Below, piece by piece: positions 36,905-47,500 of a stretch of 64,000 bases of DNA (positions within the stretch are counted from its first letter, which is position 1; each line of letters opens with the position of its first letter). This DNA comes from a virus. Taxonomy: Duplodnaviria; Heunggongvirae; Uroviricota; Caudoviricetes. The stretch is taken from positions 300,263 to 364,262 of IMG/VR virus record IMGVR_UViG_3300020429_000539; one strand, 5' to 3'. The translations under genes were made by a program, and so were the position numbers. The notes beneath the pieces were generated by a model. The model saw only the letters and a list, made by a program, of their open reading frames with translations, did no database searches and had not been told where the DNA came from.

Positions 36905-39900
36905 ATGGCCGGTCAAACTCCTTTTTATGGTATGGCGTATTTTGACTTTAGGGATCGTCTCGATCTCCCAGTCAACGTGCGCAAGGAGATTGACCGATTC
37001 TTGCTCATTGATAAACAGCTATATGGTCTTTATACTATTTTTGGTAATGGTGTTATTTCAGGTTGGACTGTTAGAGAGAAAGACCGAACTTCAACGTCTA
37101 GCAATCCTATAGCTCTTACTATTGAGCCTGGTATTGGCATCATTGGTCTCGTTGCGGCAGAGACCTCGGCTCCGACCGATTTGCTTGAGTTGCCCTCAAA
37201 TGATACGTTCGATATTTATGCTACTGTTGCAGGCGGGACATCAGCAAACCGTGTTGTCCGCTTTGTTTGGAGTCGCCTCGCTCTCGGGTCGGGGTCAGTT
37301 CGTCTTGCTCGTGTAACGACGGGCTCTGCGAGTATCTTGAGCGTTGACACGGCATTTCGTGATGAGATTGGCTTCATTGAACTTATCCGCGAAGAAGTGG
37401 CTAATCACAAGCACCGAGGTTCGCCTACCAAGATTAACCTCCGAAGCGAGACCAGGAACCAGTTGCCTGGCGCTCGTGTTGAAGACTTCGACGCCTCAAA
37501 GGTTGTTAGTGGTCGCCTTGACCCTGAGAGGATTCCCGTCCTTGACCATAATGACCTCACGAATAAGGGTCTTCTGACGCACGCAGGCTTGGACTCATTT
37601 GTTCGTGTTATTACATCAGGTAATCGCGAACTTTTAGGCGAAGTTGCTAGCACAAACCTTATGAAGCTGTTGACAGCTTGGAAGTATAGCAATCCAGAAG
37701 TTGAAGATGGTTTCAACAACAATATTGTTGTTATACCTGGTATTACTGATAACTCGTTTATTGATTTTGATGCATCAACTGCGTATATTGGCTTGCCGAC
37801 CAACTGTATATCAGGTATGCCAACTGCAACAGGACAGATATCGTCTGTGTTTTGGGAGACAACAACAGCCTTCCTTACGGCTCACGACCGAAACCTTGTC
37901 ACAATAGCTTCTGACCAAGTAGCTCTCACGCGAGGCGGTTCGAGCAGTTTATTCATCGAGAACTTTGAACAAGTTGCGTCAGGTAATGTTGCAATACCTG
38001 GTTTCTTTGCATCAACTGAGGTTATAGACGATAATCTCGGCGTTACGTCTGAGGATGCGGATACGCTTCGCACGCAAGGTTTCTACAGTGGTAAATTCAA
38101 TACAGACCGTGATTTTCGTATTTTGTATACGAGAACATTGTCGGCGAATAGAGACTGGTCGCTGTTTGATGAGATAGTTCTTGACGTTAAGAGCCTGTCC
38201 CTGTCTCATGGTGCGGTCTTTATGTATTTTATCAATGAGGACGAAAATGGGACTGAGCAAACCTCTTCCGAGTTCCTTGTTCTTGGCGAAGATGAGATAA
38301 CAACAAATCCTGATCCCGACCTTAACGGTTTTGAGCGAAGGTCATTTTCTATTGAGAATGTAAACCGTGGCAATATTACAAAGATTGTTTTCTATACAGA
38401 TGATACACGAAGTAAGTTTGAGTTTTGGGTAGACAACATCTTCCTGAGAAATCAAGCGCTTTATCCACCCGAAGGCTTTATCCGGTTCCGTTATTCGAGC
38501 CAAGTTCCTGTTGTTTTCAACTCAATCAACTATGAAACGCAAGTTCCAGATGGAACGGATATACGTTTCCGTGTGAGAACAGCTAACTCGCCGACTCTGC
38601 TTAATAGGGCGTCTTATGGCTCTCTATTGAACTCTGGCGATGTATTCTCACTAGAAGGAACAGATATTGAGATTGACGTTCTTCTGTTATCAGATGAGGA
38701 CCGCTCTTCTACTCCTATCTTAGATTCTTTGGAGCTACAGTATATTGTGGCTTCTGAAGAAGTTGGTTTCTCTATCTCTGATGCTGACGAATGGGACAGA
38801 GGTTCGTATGTTAACATGGAACGTGACATCGATGAGTTTACTTTTGGTTCGTTCGTTAAGATAGCTGACAAAATTGCAGTCAACAATATGTACTACACGT
38901 TCAAGAACGTGATTACAGAGATAGATCCTGATAGAGTAGCTGTTGTTGGTTTTCAAGGTGCTAGATATCCTCTTTCGCCTAAGCAGGCGTTCAACTTTGG
39001 CCCCAACCAGGGTGCGAGAGGATTCAAGTACGCATTTTCTGCCTATCGCTTAGAAGACAAGAACTATATCATTGCAGACACGGATAATGACCGGATTATT
39101 CTTGCGAAGCCAGATGGAACTTTCCTAAAGGGTTTGGCAAGCCACAACATTGCAGATGAGACATTCTTTTATCCTTTGACAGCTTCTTATAATGCAAGAA
39201 CTGGTATATTGACTACAGCTTTTTCGCAAGAAGTAGAGATTGATGATATTGACCTTACCAAAATCCGTTTGTGGATTGGCGGTTCATTTATTGACCTTGG
39301 ACCGAACGACACGCTAGTTGAACCGACAAAGACAAAGAGGATTCTTGAAATCAACCTCTCGCGTGACAAGAGAGAACAGCTTAGGGAAACCGCTTCGAAC
39401 GTTTCTGTGCAATATCGCACAGGAGCTTTCCCTATCGATTTTCAGCCTACCGCTTCATCCGAGGGCGTCATTGGGCTTCGAGGTATCGAGGTCTTCTTGG
39501 GCGACATGACGTTCATTGACGGCATCAGAAGGCCAATTTTTGCGAATGTCTTGAACAACGGCAACTGGATACTCGCTAACTCAAGCATCGCTTTTGATGA
39601 GGCGGGAGCCGCCGGTGCGTCGGTTCGTGTTGAGGTGAAGGTCGGTGAGACGGCAAGCTTTGATGTTGAGGTTGACGAACCCGATGATGGCTTTGTAATC
39701 AACTGGAGTCCGCAGATTCCGGCAGAGCTAACAAACATTATATCTACGTCTTCGCCTCCTCCAGGTAATAGATTGACTGTAAACGTTCAGAATCCAACGG
39801 CTGATCTTGTTCGAGAATATACGCTCATATTTATTGCAAACTATGTTAATAACGATGACCAAACCCAAAACTTTAGCACACAGACGCAGGTTGTGCTTGC

Positions 39901-40441
39901 CATCTTGCCAGAGGATGATTCAGGTGGTGGCGGAGAAATTACGACTGCTGCTTCGATTCTAGAGGTTGACGTAGACAATGAGGAGGTCGAGTTCTCATAC
40001 GACCTTATTCGTTTCTCTGACTTCTCGCTTGGTTCGGTGTATGAGGTTGATGACAACTTCTTTTTGATTGCAGGCATTGTAAGTCTTGAGGATGATATTC
40101 CGCCACCAGGCGGCGGACAGACGCCTCCTGATGGTGAAACATTCCAAGAAGAAGCAATCCGTAAACTCACGGGCTATAGAGGTAAAGTTATCCTGTTATC
40201 TCGCGATTCAAAGTCAATCAGTTTTCAATATGATACTCCAGACGGTTCATATGCTAGCGACGCGGTGATCGATTCAAACGGAAACTACGTTATTGCCGAA
40301 AGTAGTTTTGTACAGACCGCCGGTCGGGTTGTCAAGGTTGATGATTTTGGTAATGTCATTTGGCAGATTGGCGGAGGCGAGTTTAGCAAAATCAACGATG
40401 TTCGTGCATTGTTGAATGACAATATTATCGTTAGCACATGA
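36905..40441 (+). CDS. Large tail/baseplate protein with a carbohydrate-binding-like domain and a C-terminal beta-propeller (1178 aa)
   Basis: The N-terminus is paralogous to the gene at 61681. Motifs NRDWSLFDEIVLDV (CBM-like), NYIIADTDNDRII and GNYVIAE (NHL-like). Confidence 0.6.
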   Translation: MAGQTPFYGMAYFDFRDRLDLPVNVRKEIDRFLLIDKQLYGLYTIFGNGVISGWTVREKDRTSTSSNPIALTIEPGIGIIGLVAAETSAPTDLLELPSNDTFDIYATVAGGTSANRVVRFVWSRLALGSGSVRLARVTTGSASILSVDTAFRDEIGFIELIREEVANHKHRGSPTKINLRSETRNQLPGARVEDFDASKVVSGRLDPERIPVLDHNDLTNKGLLTHAGLDSFVRVITSGNRELLGEVASTNLMKLLTAWKYSNPEVEDGFNNNIVVIPGITDNSFIDFDASTAYIGLPTNCISGMPTATGQISSVFWETTTAFLTAHDRNLVTIASDQVALTRGGSSSLFIENFEQVASGNVAIPGFFASTEVIDDNLGVTSEDADTLRTQGFYSGKFNTDRDFRILYTRTLSANRDWSLFDEIVLDVKSLSLSHGAVFMYFINEDENGTEQTSSEFLVLGEDEITTNPDPDLNGFERRSFSIENVNRGNITKIVFYTDDTRSKFEFWVDNIFLRNQALYPPEGFIRFRYSSQVPVVFNSINYETQVPDGTDIRFRVRTANSPTLLNRASYGSLLNSGDVFSLEGTDIEIDVLLLSDEDRSSTPILDSLELQYIVASEEVGFSISDADEWDRGSYVNMERDIDEFTFGSFVKIADKIAVNNMYYTFKNVITEIDPDRVAVVGFQGARYPLSPKQAFNFGPNQGARGFKYAFSAYRLEDKNYIIADTDNDRIILAKPDGTFLKGLASHNIADETFFYPLTASYNARTGILTTAFSQEVEIDDIDLTKIRLWIGGSFIDLGPNDTLVEPTKTKRILEINLSRDKREQLRETASNVSVQYRTGAFPIDFQPTASSEGVIGLRGIEVFLGDMTFIDGIRRPIFANVLNNGNWILANSSIAFDEAGAAGASVRVEVKVGETASFDVEVDEPDDGFVINWSPQIPAELTNIISTSSPPPGNRLTVNVQNPTADLVREYTLIFIANYVNNDDQTQNFSTQTQVVLAILPEDDSGGGGEITTAASILEVDVDNEEVEFSYDLIRFSDFSLGSVYEVDDNFFLIAGIVSLEDDIPPPGGGQTPPDGETFQEEAIRKLTGYRGKVILLSRDSKSISFQYDTPDGSYASDAVIDSNGNYVIAESSFVQTAGRVVKVDDFGNVIWQIGGGEFSKINDVRALLNDNIIVST

Positions 40442-40448
40442 GTTGAGC

Positions 40449-41561
40449 ATGATACCAATAGATTATGTCTGTTTCGTGAATCAAACCGGATATGCGCAGG
40501 CGGCTCTGGCTAACGCATTTGCTCTTGATGATAGCGGTAAGTATGACGTTCGTATCAATTGCATACATAACAAGCCTCAAGGACAGGCGTTCTCTCGCGA
40601 AGAATACAGCCGCATCCGCGCTCTGATGTCAAAACCTCAGAACACAAACGCGGTTCAAGTTTTTCATTGCATACCCGACATGCACAGAAGGGTCGCCAAC
40701 CTTCGTAAAAAAGTCGGATACGCAACCTTTGAAAGCTTTGCTCCCCCTTCACGATGGATAGCCGCTCTCAATCGCTGCGACGCCGTGATAGCCGCGAGCA
40801 AGTTCAACAAGAATACCTTCGAGAACAAGGGTGTAACCCGTCCAATTTTTCATATTCCTCACTGCATCGACCTTGACCGCTGGAACGATAGAGTAGAGCC
40901 TCTAAGCCAGCACGACAGGTTTACCTTTTTGTTTGTTGGAACTTGGCGCAAAAGGAAGGGTTGGGATCTGCTTCTTGAGGCTTGGGCGAAAGAGTTTAGC
41001 GAAGAAGATGATGTACAGCTTGTTATCAAGACCGACAGAGTGGACCGCGCGGAAAGAGAGGCAACAGCCCACTTGCAACAATTTAAGAAGGATTATGCCC
41101 CCGTTTTGTTTGAAAAGAAAGTATTAGATGAGAAGGACATGCCCTCGTTCTTCCGCTCAGCAGATTGTTTTATCTGTCCTACTCTTGGAGAAGGATTCGG
41201 TTTACCTGCCATTCAGAGCATGGCTATCAATCTTCCTGTAATCATAACTAAGTTTTCCGGCTGTTGTGATTATGCGGACGAGGATAGATGTTATGTCCTA
41301 GAGCCGTCTGGCTTTATGGTTCATGAATGCCTTGATAGCATACCTCAGTTTGCTGGACAGAAGTGGCCTAGAATCAAAGTTAGCGATATACGAGAGGCAA
41401 TGAGACTTGTGATAAGGAATAAAGCCCAAAATCTTCGTAAAACAGATAAGGCATATGATTTTGTTCGAGAAAACTTTAGCTACTCCAAGATAGTAGAAAA
41501 GTTCGATAATATGATGGAGAGTGTCTACAGTGCGGACGTTGCTGAAACTACAACCATTTAG
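40449..41561 (+). CDS. GT-B (GT4-like) glycosyltransferase
   Basis: Probable start MIPIDY at 40449. Motifs TGYAQA, FTFLFVGTWRKRKGWDLL and ADCFICPTLGEGFGLP. Confidence 0.9.
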   Translation: MIPIDYVCFVNQTGYAQAALANAFALDDSGKYDVRINCIHNKPQGQAFSREEYSRIRALMSKPQNTNAVQVFHCIPDMHRRVANLRKKVGYATFESFAPPSRWIAALNRCDAVIAASKFNKNTFENKGVTRPIFHIPHCIDLDRWNDRVEPLSQHDRFTFLFVGTWRKRKGWDLLLEAWAKEFSEEDDVQLVIKTDRVDRAEREATAHLQQFKKDYAPVLFEKKVLDEKDMPSFFRSADCFICPTLGEGFGLPAIQSMAINLPVIITKFSGCCDYADEDRCYVLEPSGFMVHECLDSIPQFAGQKWPRIKVSDIREAMRLVIRNKAQNLRKTDKAYDFVRENFSYSKIVEKFDNMMESVYSADVAETTTI

Positions 41562-44500
41562 TGCGCCAATTGATAAAACCAATAGCATTGGCTATAAACT
41601 AACAGGACTTCCGTCCAGCAAGGATATCCGTGTCAAGTTTGAGAACGGAACCTTCGGCCATGATTGCAAGCTTCTGACGCTCGACCAGGGCGAGGTCAAA
41701 GGCAACTATGCTCGTCCTGAATCGGGTACGACTGATATTTCAGGCACCCTTGACCTCAACGTCCCTCAGCACGCGGAGAACTCCGTTGTGTCTATCTACG
41801 CCAACATCGAAGCCTACATCGGTGGCGAATGGCGTCTTCTTGACATCGCTGCGTTCGCGTTTCAGATTGAGAACCCCAAAGAATCTGTCACGATGGATAA
41901 GGTTCGTGTTGAACCAGCTTTCGTGGCTCCTGATGAACGGGCAACCATTCATATACAGACCGAGGCAAATAGCCATCTCCGTGTCTATATTAATGGCAAG
42001 AGCTTCGTGATTCGTTCGAACTACGAGGGCGAAGGCAGCATGTCTTTCCGAGGTATCGATATTCTCGGAGGCTCGACGGTCGGTGGCTCAGACTTGCAGC
42101 GGTTTCCTGTAACTTTTTCGAAGCCGCAAGATAAACACGAAACCATTTACCACGCAAGCGTGGATGTTCACTATGTTCCAGAGGCGATGAGGGTTCTACA
42201 GGCGACCAATGACCCCGGTTCTCCTGAGTGCGCCATCCTTGATCCCGACCCTGGTCCTGGTCTGCAACTCAAGGCGGCAGAGGACTTTTGCTTCAATGGC
42301 GCAGCGGTTGGCGATTTGTCTATCTTTGATGCCGATAGCGGTTATGTCAACTCTCGCGTGGGTTTCTGTGGCGGCATAAGCGAAATAACGCCCGACCCAT
42401 CATCGTCCGGCGGTGTTTGCCGAATATTTAACTCATCCGATACGACGCTGCTTCCGAATGGGTCCGGTCTTGTTGCATTTGCTTCGGCTTATGACCCCTC
42501 AGTTGATGGCGGCGACCTTACGAAAGAGCTAACGCTTGCAAGCCGCATCTTTGTTGCTCAGACAAGTACTTCGCTCAAGTTCAGGGGCAATCCCGTTCGC
42601 AATGGAACGATTCTTGAACCGTCTGACTTTTATCATAGCGTGATAATGAATAACCTCGTGGATGGCGACACGATTGGTATTATTTTCCGTATTGAAGATG
42701 GAACCGTGTTCGAAATTCAGCAAACTGTTTCGGGCACTGTTGCGGCTTTTATCGGAGCTTTTGTCGATGCCATAAACGCGGATGAAAGAATCGACGCCGC
42801 CGAGATAATAGCTATTGCTGCTTCAGACCGTGTTGATGTTTTCTCGGATAGCAGGTTTTCTATCCGCGTCCAAGTTCTGAGCAACGGAACTTCTGATGTC
42901 GAAGTCTGCCTTGATAGCAATAAGACTCTCGAACTCCTTGCTCCCGATGGAGGTTTCGACGACACGGGCGATACCGTATTGTTCTTAGAGCCTTCGCTGG
43001 GCGCTCAGAGCTACAGTATTACAGGTCGAACGGCTCCGAATATTATTCGGTTTGAAGTTCCCGAAGGCGTCAACAACGGCTATGGCCCTACAATCACAGA
43101 GAACTTCTTCTGTGAAAAATTCGTAGTCGTGGACCAGGGCACCGAGGCTCCGGAAGACATTGGTATTACGACAGTAAATCCCTTGCCATATATCAAGGAT
43201 AAGTTTCAGCGAGAAGTTCCTTCGGTCTTTCCTTCAATAACTGCGCGTAGAGACTTTATCGACGGAGAGATATACGTTTATTGTGTGTGTCAGGCTATCG
43301 TTGATAGTGTTTACCAGCTATTCTATTTTGGTTTCAAACTTGGTTCGCAGGTTGACCAGGATATCGAGTGGACTCAACTAACTACGGATGGCGAGAATAA
43401 GAATGCTCGTATTGAATGCGATAAAGGTGGCAACTTGCATGTTGTTTGGGAGTCTGACCGCAATGGCCCAACGCAGATTTACTACGGCGTTCTCGGTCCA
43501 AACTCTCGCGCTTTGAGTAATCAAGTTCTTATGTCTGCTATTGATAAAGAGGGCAGCAGCGACAGTATACGTTCTCTTCTTTCGATTACAGAGCCTACAG
43601 CTATACAGGACGATTGGCTCCGTATACTTAGTGGTTCGGGCGCAGGCTCAGTAAGCTCGTTGACGAAGCTCGCGGTTCAGGGTAAGCCGTCTACAGATGG
43701 AGCGATGGCGGTCTTCACCCTTGATGAAACGGAGCTAGGCGAAGAGTTCAATGGCTTTGAATCTCAGCTTAGCTATCAGGTATCGTTTGACTTGTCTATG
43801 GGCATATTGTCTAACCAAGAAGATGAGGATGACCAGATACCATTTACAGTTCGCACAGATAAGGACATCGATGCGCTGTATTCGACTTGGTTGAGCCAGT
43901 TCACTCCGAAGCAGAACTTTCGATACGAGATTGATAAAAACAGGTTTACGGTTGATAGATATGACCCGTTCTTTGAGAAAATCATACCTATCTGTGGCTC
44001 CTACAATTTCGGGTCATATGCTTCTGAAACTAGTTCGCCAGGAGCTACGGTTCCTAACCTTGTCAATAATCTTACAGCTTCATATTCAACGTATGATAAT
44101 AGTATAGAAACAGGTCATCCTGGCAATTTGCGTCACTTCATGCTTGCTCTGATGCCAGAGAAAGTTCGTTTTAAGGCTCTAAATACCGAGCCGTTGTTTG
44201 TGTATTTGGATAGAAACGAGCTTACTACCGATTCAAGTTCTCAATACATCTCGCAGATAGAGAATACCTATTACACGGGTCGCTTCAAGCTTGCTCTTGT
44301 TTTGGCTACAAGTGAAGACGAGTCAACAGGCGTGCTTTCAAAGAAGTCTCATCATGTCGTCAGGCAGTTTGGCGATTACATGACGTTTGCTGACTTAGCA
44401 CAGCACAATAATATCAAGATTGCCGTTCATTATACGAAACAGCCGCAAGAGGCGATTGATAACAGAACGAAGTTTGACCGAAGTGCAGTTGAACAGGACT

Positions 44501-47500
44501 ACCGCTTCTATGGTAATATCATAGTAACTGTAGGTGATGCTGCTCAGCTTGGTCAGTCGTTCATTGCAGACTTTAGTGACCGATATCGTAAGTTTGATAT
44601 TGGGCTTGGTTTTCCATCAGGCGGTCAGTTTAGGACTAATGAGCAGATACCGTATAACGGCAATGAATACGATACGCTTCCAGTCGTACAGATTTTTGAC
44701 AACATTGCCATCGGGCCACATACTGTTAGATTGAATGAGTCTATCGTCAAGATGTCGAACTTTGACCGTAATACTTCGGCAATGTTCGTGAGCGAAGAGT
44801 TTAATGACCTTATAATCAACGGTAGCTTCGAGAGTTTTACGGCCCCTCTTGAAGGAACAACGTTGCTTTCTGATGGCGATACTACTCCGACAGGCTGGAC
44901 CATTACAAACGGCGCAACTTCTTGGGTTGAAGACGCCGGCCTACCTTCGTACTACGATGCCTATGATGGCGTGCGATTCCTTGAACTAACAGGTCTAAGC
45001 GACTCTCAGCTTGGCTCTATAGCCCAAGACGTTACTACCGAGATTGGCAAAGAATATGTTGTTGAGGCTGTGGCCTCGTATCACCCTCAAGGTATAACTT
45101 TCTTAGGTACGTCGAGCGTAGACCGCAAGGTTAAAATATCAGCAGATGCCGTATCTCAGACTTATCGTGTAAGGCAAGAGAGTCAAGATGCCAATACGAT
45201 GAGATGGCAGAACATTAGTCTAAGATTTACTGCGACAAGTTCGATTACGACTATTACTTTTGAGAATGCTACGGACTTACAAGCCCCATTCAATGTATTT
45301 GGCCCGTGTATTGACCGAATACGCATGTACGCTGTTGAAGACTTGCCTACAGAGACAAACTCGCAGAACGTGGATGATATGCTCCTCCTTGAAGATAGCG
45401 AGTATTACATTAACTATTCGCTCAATGCCACTGACCATATGAGTCAGATTCCCATTACACTGTCTTCAAACTATCAAAATAGAAATCCTGATTTGTCGGT
45501 AGATGATCTCGACAAAGTTCATGTGGTTTGGCAATCAAACCGTGATGGTCCTTGGGAAGTTTATTATGCAGGCAGCCGGGACAGGAGTATTCCATTCCGT
45601 TTTGAAACACGGATTACGGACAAAGACAGCAACAGTCTGATGCCGTCTATTGGGGTTGACTACAAGGGGCGGCGATGTGTCTCGTGGCACGACAATCGTG
45701 ACCGTAGAAGGTTCCAAATTTATTCGGCGATGTCGAAAGAAGTTGACCCTCAATGGATTGATCAATGCAAGATTGACATGGTTGAAGAGTATATTCATAC
45801 TCGAAACGTCAACTATGACCCTTATGATCCGTATTTTGGAACGCTTGCCGACGACTTGGGATGCAAGGTTGTTTTTGACTTTCAGACTGACACAAGCGGC
45901 TTGTTTCACTTTACGGCTGATTTCTACACAGATGAAGCCAAGACGACTCTCGAAAAGAGTATCGATTCGCGCGATAGCGTTGTCGGTTGGCGGGTCAATG
46001 ATACTCAGCTTGATATAGAGGGAGCGCTTGTTGCTGCTGGCGAAACCGTGACGGTAACATACTCGCCTGACCAGAGCGACAATCTCTCAAACAAGCTACT
46101 CTACGTGACGGCGAAATATGTTTCCAATGCGGCACGAGAAGGCGAGATAGTAGCTGGCGGGTTGACAGGAAACATCGAAGAGGTAGATTCTTCGGTTGTC
46201 TCAAGCGTTCGACAGGGAGAGTACCAATCAGACAATGTTCGCATATTCTCTGAGGGGACGTTTTCATCGCCTGTAAGCAAGGCTTCTCAAACAGCGGAAG
46301 AGTTTGAGAATACTTTGCTTGGACAGGGCGGCGATCCGGAAGTTGTTTTCTATGGTAGCGACCCTCTTGCTGGTTTCAATGCAGGAGATAAAGTTCGTTC
46401 GTATTACATTCACTATGACCGCTCTACCTCAACTGAGGGTGAGGAAACTGTTACGATTGAGTTTGATTCTCCGATCGTCGGCATATATGCAAGCGGAGAG
46501 GACCGCGCAGCGTCAGACGCTATATTTGGAGTAGCAAATATTAACTATGCTGCTGATGGCAATGAAAACAAATTCGGCGAGGATGGAGATTCTCTAACGC
46601 TTTCCGCCAATAAGAGAATACTAACCTTGACTATCCGAGTCAACAGCAGCGAAGGTGTTGATGATTTGCGAGTCATAGTTGCTCCTGTTGAGTTATCAGG
46701 CGGAACCACTGACTTTGTTTACTATTGTCCATTCGAGCAAACTCCGCGATGCTCTATTATAAAAGACATATACAACAGCGATCAGGCCGCTATTGACAAC
46801 GTTCATTTCCGTATTACGTTTTACGCAGACGAGAACTATGAGTCTCCAATACTTTCCTCGTTCTCGTTGTTCGACCAGAAAAACTGGATTTCGGGCGCGA
46901 GCGATTTTCCGGCGAACGGCATTACGATAGATGTTGCGGAGACTGCAAGCATAGCATACGACCCTAATATATTGCCCTTTGATTTGTTTGACGACCAAAA
47001 AGGCGACACCGTTCCTAATGCAATACAGAGCTTCTTCGTAAGTAACAGGGACGGCTGGCGAGTAGAAGACCCTAATGGAACGGTCAACGCTACCTGGGTA
47101 AGCGACGGCGGGGCAGGAGCTATTCGATATGCTGACACGGATTCGGTGGATGCGGCATTCTTTGTTGCGCCAGCTAAGTTCCTGGGCAACCTTGAGGCCT
47201 TCTATGGTGGCACTATCGAGGCCAGCATGAGGCTTGATCCCGACGAGAGCCCATCGAGTCCTCAGACTCCTACAGTAAAGATTGTGGGTTCGGCAGGAAC
47301 GCTTGTGCATCAGTCCGGCTCTCCGCCTAACCGTTCAGCCTCCTATGAAACTCTTCGTTTTACTATTGACGAAAGCGTATCTGGATGGGAGTTTCAGCCT
47401 TCTACAGGTGGTGGATTTGCTGCTGCAACCGAAGCGAACATACGCGCGGTTCTTCGAAACGTGACATCTGTCTTGATGGATGCTGACTTCTTTTTGGGAA

